This document shows positions 9,493-18,615 of a stretch of 64,000 bases of DNA, one piece after another; the first letter of the stretch is position 1, and every line of letters starts with the position of its first letter. Both the position numbers and the translations under genes were made by a program. Under the pieces are notes generated by a model, which was given only the letters and a program-made list of their open reading frames with translations, was not told where the DNA came from and did no database searches. Where the stretch lies: the IMG/VR virus record IMGVR_UViG_3300046517_002304, positions 62,001 through 126,000 of that record. One strand, 5' to 3'.

Positions 9493-9843
9493 ATGGACTT
9501 TAAACACTGGGTAAATGAAGTTAAAACAATTCCTTTAGGAGATTGTTTTAGGTTTGCCACTATGCGGGCAGTTGAAATGATCGGCGATGGCATTATACCG
9601 CCAAAAGATATAGTTGTAGTTCATGCTATAGTACACCCTAGATGGGGCGGAAATCCATATCCTCATGCATGGATAGAATCTAGGGGCAAGTGCTGGGATT
9701 GGCAAATGCGTCAGACTAAAACGTATTCTATACCTGTCGCTGATTTCTATAAGGAATACAATCCTACAGAAATCAAGCGTTACACTGGTAATGAAGCGTT
9801 AAGAACTATGATTAAAACTGGCCATCATGGGCCATGGAATTAA
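9493..9843 (+). CDS. Putative papain/transglutaminase-fold (Cys-His-Asp) protein with capsid-targeting-like N-terminus
   Basis: MDFKHWVNE; GDCF ... HAWIE ... WD spacing consistent with a catalytic triad. Confidence 0.6.
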   Translation: MDFKHWVNEVKTIPLGDCFRFATMRAVEMIGDGIIPPKDIVVVHAIVHPRWGGNPYPHAWIESRGKCWDWQMRQTKTYSIPVADFYKEYNPTEIKRYTGNEALRTMIKTGHHGPWN

Positions 9844-10203
9844 CTATAGAATTGTAACGCCAGAAACAGGTGCTTCTACTAATAGAACATCTTTTCCAGA
9901 CATTTGCTCATTTTGCTTAACTTGGCTCTTAACTTCACCAGTAGATGTAATTGTTGGAGGCTGCTCAAGGATAAGTGATTCCTTACCAGCGTTACTCAAA
10001 TCTTCAATTACCGAAATAGAGCCTCTCATTTGTTCGCGTAGGTAACTGTCCCCACGGAAGCACTGGCCTGGACCAATAATGCTCTTTCCGTCTGCCGAAA
10101 TTTTCGGTAGCATAATGTCTGCCTTAGTTGTGTTCTTCATAAGATACATTCCTGTTCCAATTGTTCTTGCTTTCATAGCCATAGCCTTTTCGTGTTGATT
10201 CAT
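9844..10203 (-). CDS. Late protein, possibly head core/scaffold-associated
   Basis: CTAAATA box and AGGAG upstream; LILE/LLVE motifs resemble prohead-protease sites (inference). Confidence 0.5.
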   Translation of the reverse strand: MNQHEKAMAMKARTIGTGMYLMKNTTKADIMLPKISADGKSIIGPGQCFRGDSYLREQMRGSISVIEDLSNAGKESLILEQPPTITSTGEVKSQVKQNEQMSGKDVLLVEAPVSGVTIL

Positions 10204-10287
10204 ATAGATCTCCTGTATTATTTAGGGTTCTTAACTAAAATAGTGCGAATTTTGGATATTTAATATATCAGGAGATAATATTTTACT

Positions 10288-10740
10288 ATGACAAATGTCA
10301 AGAATAATGAAAGTGCGGCCATAGCATCTCTCACCAATCATTTGGAGAATACACTTGACATAACCAACATGTTTGTTAAGATGCTACAAGAAGAAATGGT
10401 CATTAACGCAAGTTTTCGTGGAAAAGTAGACCAATCGCTCTCTAATTTAGAAGATTCATTAGAAACCATTCAAGAAGTAGTGATTGAAGGGAATGGCCAT
10501 TCGTTGGTGAGTAAAATTGAAAAACTAGAATATATCGTAGAGCAGATAGAAGACAATATTTTATCGATCAAAACTCAATTTTTGGCCGCGTCAGATGACA
10601 AAAGAGCGCATGAAGCCAAGAAAACTGAACGGTTTTGGAATATTGTAGCTACTAATAGTCCTGTGATTTTAACGTGGCTTGGTGTCGGCGGCTGGCTTCT
10701 ATTCCAGTTTTTTGCTAAAAAAGTTGAAGTTCTGCCTTGA
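10288..10740 (+). CDS. Coiled-coil protein with C-terminal transmembrane helix
   Basis: Heptad-rich body; hydrophobic VILTWLGVGGWLLFQFF near the C-terminus; GGAG upstream. Confidence 0.6.
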   Translation: MTNVKNNESAAIASLTNHLENTLDITNMFVKMLQEEMVINASFRGKVDQSLSNLEDSLETIQEVVIEGNGHSLVSKIEKLEYIVEQIEDNILSIKTQFLAASDDKRAHEAKKTERFWNIVATNSPVILTWLGVGGWLLFQFFAKKVEVLP

Positions 10741-10796
10741 TTTGATTTTGTATTTTTGCTAAAATGCGACTCCAAACTAAACACGGAGAACAAAGC

Positions 10797-11444
10797 ATGA
10801 AGTCCAAAGTACTTGTTGTAGGCGGCTCAATGAGCTATTACGAGCCATTTGAAAAATTTGGTAAAGCTGAGTCAAATATCAAGATATTGAATTATCACCC
10901 TGAACAGGTTCAGATGGCGATTTTCACAGGCGGGCAGGACGTAGACCCGCATTTTTACGGAGAAAAGAAATCGTCCCCGACGTATTCATCGCCGCAGAGA
11001 GACAGAGAAGAACTGGCTGCATTTACGAAATTGCGGGAGCTAAACATCCCTATGTTCGGCATTTGTAGAGGCTTACAGTTTTTATGTGCAATGGCTGGCG
11101 GTAAGGTTTGCCAGCATTTGGATGGGCATGGTTTTGGGAAGCATAATGCCTTGACAAATGACGGCAGAAGTATTATAGTAAATACTTTGCACCACCAGAT
11201 GATGCTTCCTGGCGATATTGAGCACATTGTTTTGGCTCATTCAGAACCACGGCTATCTAAATGTTATGTCGGCGGGAACGACGAGTTTATTGAAGTTCCA
11301 TATGAATATGAAGCTGCTTATTTCCCGGCGATTAATGCTGCTGGCGTCCAGTATCATCCAGAAATGATGCAGGATTCAAGTCCAGGATTCGCTTATGCCG
11401 TTGAACTTACAGAAAGACTTCTAGACGAAGATTTTGTTAAGTAA
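10797..11444 (+). CDS. Class I glutamine amidotransferase, peptidase C26 (gamma-glutamyl-GABA hydrolase-like)
   Basis: FTGGQDVDPHFYG, FGICRGLQ (nucleophile Cys), VNTLHHQ, GVQYHPE; GGAG before ATG 10797. Confidence 0.9.
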   Translation: MKSKVLVVGGSMSYYEPFEKFGKAESNIKILNYHPEQVQMAIFTGGQDVDPHFYGEKKSSPTYSSPQRDREELAAFTKLRELNIPMFGICRGLQFLCAMAGGKVCQHLDGHGFGKHNALTNDGRSIIVNTLHHQMMLPGDIEHIVLAHSEPRLSKCYVGGNDEFIEVPYEYEAAYFPAINAAGVQYHPEMMQDSSPGFAYAVELTERLLDEDFVK

Positions 11445-11477
11445 AAATTCGGAAACCCCAAGATAAGGAAAAACACG

Positions 11478-11969
11478 ATGAAACCATTTGGCGTAAACAA
11501 TCCCCCGAAGTGGCACAAGGTCTTCAGTAATTCTAGAGAACGAGCGTTTTTCGTTGGCTCGGACTCTAAGAGTGGCCTTGTAAGAGGTAAGTCGGGCGAA
11601 GGCAAGACTTTGACCTTCCGAAGCATCAAGATGCTTGCCAGTGAGTCTGGGTTGACCACAAAGCAGGTTGAGGAAATTATCCAGAAATATCAACCTTCTG
11701 GTATAGTTGTTAACAATCCCAAAAACCCAGAACAGTGGGGTTACTGGGAAAACGTGGAAGCGATTGAAGTGCCGAAGTCCATCGGCGACACTGATAAAGA
11801 AGACCGCGTTAAGAAGGCCGGTGGCACGACATTGAAGTCATCGGCAAACAAGCATGGTGGAGCTACCCCCGGTGCGGCTGTTCAGGGTGGCCCTGCTGGT
11901 AGCCCAACTGCTGGTGGTGCCGTTGCTCCTGCTCCGGTTGCGGCACCTGTTCCCGCTGCTGTTCCCTAA
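11478..11969 (+). CDS. Hypothetical protein with Ala/Pro/Gly low-complexity tail
   Basis: 163 aa ORF; AAGGA upstream. Confidence 0.65.
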   Translation: MKPFGVNNPPKWHKVFSNSRERAFFVGSDSKSGLVRGKSGEGKTLTFRSIKMLASESGLTTKQVEEIIQKYQPSGIVVNNPKNPEQWGYWENVEAIEVPKSIGDTDKEDRVKKAGGTTLKSSANKHGGATPGAAVQGGPAGSPTAGGAVAPAPVAAPVPAAVP

Positions 11970-11970
11970 T

Positions 11971-12204
11971 TTACTTCTTCTTACTCTTCTTCCTGCCTAG
12001 TTCAACAGCGAGTGATCCCGTTGGAGATCTAGCTGCGGAGTAGAGTGGTGGGTAAATACTGTCGTCTCCATTTGGAGCGGCAGTTTCGGGCGGGTAGCCT
12101 TTAATTCCAGGAAAAGACGAAACGGTTCTAATGGACTTCTCTGTTAGTTCTGGAAGAGCGATATCTTTGTTCTCTGTTTCTGCCCACTGACTGAATGTAA
12201 TCAT
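11971..12204 (-). CDS. Small Pro-rich protein with capsid-targeting-like N-terminus and basic tail
   Basis: MITFSQWAETE ... GRKKSKKK; TATATA-N3-ATG. Confidence 0.65.
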   Translation of the reverse strand: MITFSQWAETENKDIALPELTEKSIRTVSSFPGIKGYPPETAAPNGDDSIYPPLYSAARSPTGSLAVELGRKKSKKK

Positions 12205-12264
12205 CTTTATATAGTTCCTGTAATATGGTGGTTTACAAATTATATATCAATCTGGCAATCAAAA

Positions 12265-12981
12265 ATGCCTACGCAACTTGCCTACCCGCCGAACGATACC
12301 AAGATAGAAATCACCAAGATTAAAGGTGATTTGCTAGATAATAAAACTAGGCTAAAATGCAGATGCAGTTTTTGTGACAAGCATGTTGCCATATGTCATG
12401 AAAAAAAGACGGTTCATGACATAATAACATCAGGACGCGGATTTCACTGCTCTTTTTGCGTCAAGCATAATTTTTATACACGACAAAGCAAGCACATACT
12501 TGGCATGAGTTTTAGGGGCATAATTGCACAGTATTACTATTGTTTATATCGCAGTACGCCTACTAAGATGTACTTAAGTGAATTAAAGGAATATATTGAG
12601 CTGCACGAAAGACTTGGATCTAATAATCCCTTGTTTTTATATGATCCTGAGAGCTATTGCTGGTTTATAGATTTCTCAAAGGTCGGTCGGCATAAGAAAG
12701 AGCTGTCTCTTAAGTACGTTTTAGCCACAACAGCGGAAATATTGGCATCTTTTAATTTGTACAAATACTATCCTGATTTACAGGGATATCCACTATATCA
12801 AAAATTTCATGATGCTATTTTAGAGTTTTACTCTAAGCGTTCTAGGCCAGCAGACAAGCGAATACTTTCTCCTACGCTAATAAAGTGCGGGACTATTTTT
12901 TCTACTGAGGCTAAGGTGACCTTAGAAGATACTAGGGGTTTTTCTGCTCAAAATTTAATTCCTATGGATAAGTTTAAATGA
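12265..12981 (+). CDS. Hypothetical protein with N-terminal zinc-binding motifs
   Basis: CRCSFC ... HCSFC; 238 aa. Confidence 0.6.
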   Translation: MPTQLAYPPNDTKIEITKIKGDLLDNKTRLKCRCSFCDKHVAICHEKKTVHDIITSGRGFHCSFCVKHNFYTRQSKHILGMSFRGIIAQYYYCLYRSTPTKMYLSELKEYIELHERLGSNNPLFLYDPESYCWFIDFSKVGRHKKELSLKYVLATTAEILASFNLYKYYPDLQGYPLYQKFHDAILEFYSKRSRPADKRILSPTLIKCGTIFSTEAKVTLEDTRGFSAQNLIPMDKFK

Positions 12982-13616
12982 TTAAATCCACCGAGGTAAT
13001 TGAATTAATACAGAGTGCCAAGCATCATTCTGAACGTGCTCATAATAGTCTTAAGCATGTTAGGGAACATTATAAGTCGCAGATAGGCTTTAGTATTTTA
13101 AGTACTCATACTTTTTGTCGTGGCCAGATTGCTTTGTCCAGAAGTATTTTGCGAACTCTTATGAAGAAGATAAATGAAAGTATACCTCAAAGTACTCCAA
13201 ATCAAGAGAACGGTGGTACGATTATTTGGCGTAATAAATGCGGCCAAAAACATAGATTAGATGGTCCCGCTGTTACGTTTTTAAATGGCACTAAAGAATG
13301 GTGGGCTAACGACAAGAGGCATAGGACAAATAATCCTGCTGTTATATTTTATAATCAAGATGAAGAATGGTGGGATAATGGGGCGCTACATAGAGTAGGT
13401 GGTCCAGCTATTCTTTATTCTAGCGGTAGAGAGGAGTGGTTTAATGATGGTGTATTACATAGGGTTAATGGCCCAGCATTGATCACAGCAAACGGAGTGA
13501 AAAAATGGTATTTTCATGGATTATTACATCGTACAGATGGTCCTGCTATAGATTGGGGCGACGGGCAAAAAGAATACTGGCTTAATGGGAAGAAAACAAA
13601 GGTCTTTTGTGATTAG
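12978..13616 (+). CDS. LHRxDGPA (MORN-variant-like) repeat protein 1, 5 repeats
   Basis: ~23-aa repeats such as HRLDGPAV..NGTKEWW; ATGA overlap with the upstream gene. Confidence 0.85.
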   Translation: MIKSTEVIELIQSAKHHSERAHNSLKHVREHYKSQIGFSILSTHTFCRGQIALSRSILRTLMKKINESIPQSTPNQENGGTIIWRNKCGQKHRLDGPAVTFLNGTKEWWANDKRHRTNNPAVIFYNQDEEWWDNGALHRVGGPAILYSSGREEWFNDGVLHRVNGPALITANGVKKWYFHGLLHRTDGPAIDWGDGQKEYWLNGKKTKVFCD

Positions 13617-14418
13617 CATTACAAATACGATAACTACCTGCAAAGAACAGGTTTATACTGCACAGAGGCTTGTTAAAAATAATAGTAAATTAACAAGCTC
13701 TTTAACTAAAATACAAAGAGCCAAACAGTGTCATTTTCATATTGCGTTTGCAAGAACATCATTACTTAAATATGTACAGGCTTTAAAAGATAAGACGGAT
13801 AAGTCTAGTAAAAAAGTTGTGCATAATGACCAGAATGGAATTGAGTGGACTCTTAATGATGTTTTGCACAGAGATAATGGACCTGCTGTTGAGAATCCTG
13901 ATGGCCATCAGGAGTGGTGGTTTCATGGCGAGAGACACCGAGATAATGGTCCGGCAATTATAAGGTCCGATGGGAGCTGTGAATGGCTTATAAACAACAA
14001 AAGGCATAGGGGTGATGGATGGCCTGCTGTTACCACTGTAGATGGACATAAAGAATGGTGGATTAATGGCAGATTGCACAGAGTAGAAGGCCCAGCAGTT
14101 ATATTTGCTGACGGTGCGCAGGAATGGTATTATGGTAACAAATTACATAGAGTAGGTGGCCCTGCACGAATTACTTCTAGTAATGAAACACAATGGTTCT
14201 ACCATGGTAGGTTGCACCGAGAAGGTGGCCCTGCGATAGAACGAGAAAATGGCTATAAGGCATGGTATATGGATGGATTTTTTCATAATTTATCTGGTCC
14301 AGCTATAGAGCAGCCAGATGGATATAAAGAATGGTGGGTCAGTGGAAAACAGTTCCAAGAAAATGAATTTAATGTATTAACAAGCAAAGTTATCACAGAG
14401 GCAAAATCATGTCCATAA
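13609..14418 (+). CDS. LHRxDGPA repeat protein 2, 7 repeats
   Basis: Same repeat; probable GTG start at 13609 (track start 13585). Confidence 0.85.
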   Translation: MISITNTITTCKEQVYTAQRLVKNNSKLTSSLTKIQRAKQCHFHIAFARTSLLKYVQALKDKTDKSSKKVVHNDQNGIEWTLNDVLHRDNGPAVENPDGHQEWWFHGERHRDNGPAIIRSDGSCEWLINNKRHRGDGWPAVTTVDGHKEWWINGRLHRVEGPAVIFADGAQEWYYGNKLHRVGGPARITSSNETQWFYHGRLHREGGPAIERENGYKAWYMDGFFHNLSGPAIEQPDGYKEWWVSGKQFQENEFNVLTSKVITEAKSCP

Positions 14419-15848
14419 AAGGTAAGCTAGCCGATGTTCGTGCGATGGTACAAGCTATTAAAGATAATATTATCCTTGCAAAGCACGCAAAATTGTCTAA
14501 GGATGTAGATAGCTATTTCGCCCATAGTAGTAGCCAACTGCTTGTCCAAAGGATAGCAGTTGAAGAGATTAAAAAAGTAATTCAGAAGATGCCGATATGC
14601 TATGCATCTAAGAGCGGTGAAAAAAGATGGTTTTTAAATGGACAACTTCATAGAAAACGTGGTCCTGCTGTTTTATTAGCGAATGGCGAGCAATCATGGT
14701 ACTTACATGGCAGTCTTCACAGGCTAGATGGGCCAGCCTTAATTTATGCCGATGGAGGAAAAGAGTGGTGGTCATTTGGCAGAGAGCACAGGCTAGACGG
14801 TCCCGCTATTGAGCGTAATGGATGCGCTAAAGAGTGGTGGATAAACGGAGAGAAGTTAACCGAGTCAGAGTTTAAGTTAAGAAAAAAGGAACCCAAATAT
14901 TTAGACTGGACTTTGACTCCAACGCATATTTTAAAAATAGATGGAACTAGGGAATGGCGGTTGCATGATGAACTTCATAGGATAAACGGCCCCGCATTTA
15001 TCAGTAAAGCAGGCCACGAAGAATGGTGGCAAAAAGGGTTAAGGCATAGAGAAGACGGCCCTGCTGTTATATTTGTTTGTGGGGATAAACAGTGGTGGGT
15101 CAAAGGTCTTATGCATAGGGTAGATGGTCCAGCGGTTGAAAAGATTGATGGCACTAAAAGTTGGTACCAATATGGAGTGCTTCATAGAGAAGACGGCCCA
15201 GCTATTCAGTCCACTTGGAACAATGTCATTGTAACCAAAAATTGGTATTTAAATGGTAAGTTGTTAACAGAAGATCAGTTTAGAGCAAGAATTAAAACAA
15301 GGCCGAAAAGAAAAAGTAATGGACCGCTAATAGTTAGTGAAGAAAAGCCTACATTGAAAATTTCTGCGTTAGGCAATAAAGAGTGGCGATTGCGCAATGT
15401 GCTTCATCGTGAAGACGGTCCTGCGATAGAGCAGTTAGACGGTACTAAAAGTTGGTGGCGACATGGGAAGCTTCATCGTGAAGATGGGCCTGCATTAGAG
15501 TGCACACAGGGATTTCATGAATGGTATATTAATGGTCAGCAATTATCAGAGGAAGAGTTTAATTTAACTCTTAATCCTTGTAAAAAAGAAGTTCCGCAAG
15601 TGGGATTCTTCAGCAGAATTGCATCTACTGGTGCCACTGAGTATTATTTTAATGGAAGACTACACAGAGAGGGCGGTCGTGCGATAGAGTTTCCTGGCGG
15701 TGCTGGCGTTTGGTGCCTTTATGGTAATTGCGGGAGTAAAGAATGGTATGATAATGAAATAAAGAAAATAAAATCAGAACAACAAAAAGATGAGCAAAAC
15801 AAGAATGAATTAAACGCTATGCTTGAGAAGATCAATCAGGTTTTGTGA
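14409..15848 (+). CDS. LHRxDGPA repeat protein 3, 10 repeats in four blocks
   Basis: Blocks of 3, 4, 2 and 1 repeats; the first three end in a W..NG..L[TS]E..F cap. Confidence 0.85.
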   Translation: MSIKGKLADVRAMVQAIKDNIILAKHAKLSKDVDSYFAHSSSQLLVQRIAVEEIKKVIQKMPICYASKSGEKRWFLNGQLHRKRGPAVLLANGEQSWYLHGSLHRLDGPALIYADGGKEWWSFGREHRLDGPAIERNGCAKEWWINGEKLTESEFKLRKKEPKYLDWTLTPTHILKIDGTREWRLHDELHRINGPAFISKAGHEEWWQKGLRHREDGPAVIFVCGDKQWWVKGLMHRVDGPAVEKIDGTKSWYQYGVLHREDGPAIQSTWNNVIVTKNWYLNGKLLTEDQFRARIKTRPKRKSNGPLIVSEEKPTLKISALGNKEWRLRNVLHREDGPAIEQLDGTKSWWRHGKLHREDGPALECTQGFHEWYINGQQLSEEEFNLTLNPCKKEVPQVGFFSRIASTGATEYYFNGRLHREGGRAIEFPGGAGVWCLYGNCGSKEWYDNEIKKIKSEQQKDEQNKNELNAMLEKINQVL

Positions 15849-17255
15849 TAATTCATTCACTACATCATCCCATACACCTATACTTCGTTGCCTAAACAAT
15901 TTAAAAGAATCGTACCATATAGTGCGATCCTTACCAAGGCTCCATCGCCAGTCTGGATGGAAAGGTAGCAATAGCCAGGTTGGCTTTCCTAGTGCTCCTG
16001 CTACATGAGCTACAGCCGAATCACAAGAAATGATTAAATCCATTTCTTGTATTACCCCTGCGGTTGTGTAAAAATCTTTCATATGATCTTGAACATTCAC
16101 GATGCTTAGATCCGCTACGCCTGCGCTAAGTTCGGCCATTCCTCTTCGTGGCCAGAAGCGAGAGTATAAGTCTTTCTGTAAACTGAAGACTTTTACGTTA
16201 GGGATTTTACATATTTCTTTGAAATATAAACAATTTAAAGAACGATTATGATCATTTTGATGCGCTGGACTACCCGCCCATGTTAAGCCTATTTTAAAAT
16301 TGTTTTTATACTTATTCCAATCTAATACACTTGGCGGTGCGGACAGGTAATTTTGTTTTGTGTCTATGCCGAAATAATGCGGCAAGGATAGCGCTGATAC
16401 GTGATAGTCAAAATCGTATTGTCTGTTTTTTTTGTCTCGCACCTCGTCAACTCCATCACAGGTTTTAAGCAAATCTATTAAATTGCCGGAGCATTCTAAG
16501 ATGGTATGTGCGCCAAGTTCTTTTAACTTAGCTGCGTATCTACAGAATTGAATTAAATCTCCAGACGCTTGCTCTGAATAAATGAGAATTCTTTTGCCAT
16601 TTAGGCTTTCTCCATTCCATTTTGGTCGTCCTGTTATCGGACTAATATGAGTAAAGTATTTCCACTTCCATTCCATTTCAGCAAAACATTTTTTCCATTC
16701 ACCTAATAACCCATAAAGTATTCCTAAGTTAAAGTGCGCTTTTGGAAGGTCGTCAACAGCTATCGCATCGCCGCAGTATTTTATTGCGTTATCTATATCA
16801 TTCAAGCAACTATAGGCATGGCCGATGCTTGTAAGTACGATACTAGTTTGCTTTACTTCTTTAAAATACTTAATAGCCGTAGCATAATCTTGTTTAATTT
16901 CATAGGCCAATCCTAAGTTAACTTTAGGTACATCTGATTTAGGATTGGCTATAATTGCTAATTCAAAACATTTAATAGCGTCGTCAGTGCAGCAAGCATC
17001 CAAGTAGACCATCCCTAAGTTATTGTGAAGGTGAAAATCATCTGGAAACCTTTGTATTAAATCATCAAATATTTTAATTGATTCATCATACCTAGCGGCT
17101 TTGTGTAAGAGCATCGCAGTAAAGTGCAAAGCGATATGGTTTTCTGGCTCTACTTTTAGGACTTCGCCGAATAAATGGTAGGCATCTTCATATTCTTCAG
17201 AATTAAAGAATCCAACCGCTTTATCATTAACTTGCGCCACTAATTCTTGAAGCAT
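15810..17255 (-). CDS. TPR-repeat protein with glycosyltransferase family 9-like C-terminal domain
   Basis: N-terminal TPRs; EQASGDLIQFCRY, GLTWAGSPAH, MDLIISCDSAVAHVAGALGKPTW, PDWRW. ATG 17255 avoids overlap with the divergent gene. Confidence 0.88.
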   Translation of the reverse strand: MLQELVAQVNDKAVGFFNSEEYEDAYHLFGEVLKVEPENHIALHFTAMLLHKAARYDESIKIFDDLIQRFPDDFHLHNNLGMVYLDACCTDDAIKCFELAIIANPKSDVPKVNLGLAYEIKQDYATAIKYFKEVKQTSIVLTSIGHAYSCLNDIDNAIKYCGDAIAVDDLPKAHFNLGILYGLLGEWKKCFAEMEWKWKYFTHISPITGRPKWNGESLNGKRILIYSEQASGDLIQFCRYAAKLKELGAHTILECSGNLIDLLKTCDGVDEVRDKKNRQYDFDYHVSALSLPHYFGIDTKQNYLSAPPSVLDWNKYKNNFKIGLTWAGSPAHQNDHNRSLNCLYFKEICKIPNVKVFSLQKDLYSRFWPRRGMAELSAGVADLSIVNVQDHMKDFYTTAGVIQEMDLIISCDSAVAHVAGALGKPTWLLLPFHPDWRWSLGKDRTIWYDSFKLFRQRSIGVWDDVVNELSQNLIDLLKHSV

Positions 17256-17288
17256 AATTTGTCTTATATCTCGCCGGTATATAATAGT

Positions 17289-17435
17289 ATGTGCGGATGC
17301 AAAGGGGGAAATCCAGTTAGAGTAATAAAATCTCAAGCCGAAGTTGAGCCTAGGATAGTGCGTTCACAGCAAGAAAAGAAAGAAGACAAACCAGGGGAAG
17401 AGCCAAAACCAAAAGTTAGAAAGTTATTTCTGTAG
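17289..17435 (+). CDS. Small MCGC-start protein (48 aa)
   Basis: MCGCKGGNPVRVIKS...; TATATA-N5-ATG. Confidence 0.6.
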   Translation: MCGCKGGNPVRVIKSQAEVEPRIVRSQQEKKEDKPGEEPKPKVRKLFL

Positions 17436-17447
17436 GAGATTAGTGCC

Positions 17448-17651
17448 ATTTGCGGTTGTAATAAAAATAATAAGCCTTTTAATTTAAACAAAAGAGTTGT
17501 CTCCAGTCAGAGCAACCAAAGTTTTGTTTCTCCTCCTCGTCCACCGAATCCACAGGTTAGCGCTCAGTCTGCGGACAATCAGATGACGCCAGATAGAAGA
17601 AGAATTGAAAGGTTACAAAGAGAAGCAATCAGGAGATCATTAGGAAAATGA
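17448..17651 (+). CDS. Second CGC-start small protein (67 aa), probable ATT start
   Basis: Not in the track. AGGAG 9 nt before ATT-TGC-GGT-TGT; reads (M)CGCNKNNK...RRIERLQREAIRRSLGK; TGA overlaps the next ATG (ATGA). Confidence 0.6.
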   Translation: MCGCNKNNKPFNLNKRVVSSQSNQSFVSPPRPPNPQVSAQSADNQMTPDRRRIERLQREAIRRSLGK

Positions 17652-18418
17652 TAAAATACTTTATTTTGTTAGTTGTAATTTTTGCGGGGATTTGGTTTTG
17701 GACTCATTCAGAACAACCAAAAGCCATAGTTCCAGAAATTCCTTTTATAGAACCAGTAGTTGAGCAGGTTGTTGACACTCATATCGAAGATATAATTAAA
17801 GCAACAAATGAAAAAAGTAAACAAGTTAATTCTATAGTTGCCGAAGCTGAAGTTCAGGTTGATGGAATGAATGTCTCAGCAGAATTGTTTTATAAAAAAG
17901 AAAACAACTTTAGAATGTTGTTCTACGGAATAGTAAATTGTAATTTAGACATCGGCTCAAATGCAGATAACTTTTGGTTCTGGAGTAAGCAGTATGATAA
18001 AAATACTCTTTATTGGGCCAAGCACGAAGATTATAATAAGACAAGATTAAAAACTCCGTTCAACCCTATTTGGATTATGGAGTCCCTAGGATATCAAGAA
18101 GTTAGTGGAGATAAATTTAAAGAAGATGAAAAGTATATTAAGGTTTATAAAGACGTAGTAATTAACTTAAATCGTAAAGTTGTTAAAGCAGTTATGATTG
18201 ATAAAGCAAGATTATCCGTAGTTGGAACTTACATTTATGCTACAGATGGCTCTTTGCTTATAAGTAGCGAGTGGATTACACCCAGAAAGCTAGTCATTAA
18301 ATGGACGGAAGAAAATCAGAACATGACTATAGATTTTGGGAAGTGGCAAGAAAACGCTGCTGCCGATAATTTTAAAATGCCGTACAAGAAGAAAAAAGTA
18401 GATATGGGAAAGATGTAG
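17648..18418 (+). CDS. Membrane-anchored/exported protein, possible LolA-like fold
   Basis: Hydrophobic N-terminus; FRMLFYG...LDIGSNADNFWFWSK...PFNPIWIMESLG; beta-rich body. Confidence 0.6.
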   Translation: MIKYFILLVVIFAGIWFWTHSEQPKAIVPEIPFIEPVVEQVVDTHIEDIIKATNEKSKQVNSIVAEAEVQVDGMNVSAELFYKKENNFRMLFYGIVNCNLDIGSNADNFWFWSKQYDKNTLYWAKHEDYNKTRLKTPFNPIWIMESLGYQEVSGDKFKEDEKYIKVYKDVVINLNRKVVKAVMIDKARLSVVGTYIYATDGSLLISSEWITPRKLVIKWTEENQNMTIDFGKWQENAAADNFKMPYKKKKVDMGKM

Positions 18419-18469
18419 TTAAAGTCCCTGTCTTAATCATACGATAAAGTATTATTAAGGAGACATCGT

Positions 18470-18589
18470 ATGAAAACATTTTTAAAATTAGCTGCTGTTA
18501 TGATCATTATTTTTGCCGCCTTATTTGGCCTTTATGCCGCGCTCATGTTTACTATAGCAAGCAACATTGGTTGGCAGCTTCTAAATTAG
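18470..18589 (+). CDS. Small single-pass membrane peptide (39 aa)
   Basis: AAGGAG RBS; MKTFLKLAAVMIIIFAALFGLYAALMFTIASNIGWQLLN. Confidence 0.6.
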   Translation: MKTFLKLAAVMIIIFAALFGLYAALMFTIASNIGWQLLN

Positions 18590-18615
18590 GATGATAATAT
18601 GACACTAGAAGAAGG

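Noticed and set aside
18470-18589. MKTFLKLAA as a fifteenth capsid-targeting tag
   Set aside because: No Glu follows, the peptide is a hydrophobic membrane helix, and it has a strong SD rather than a late box.
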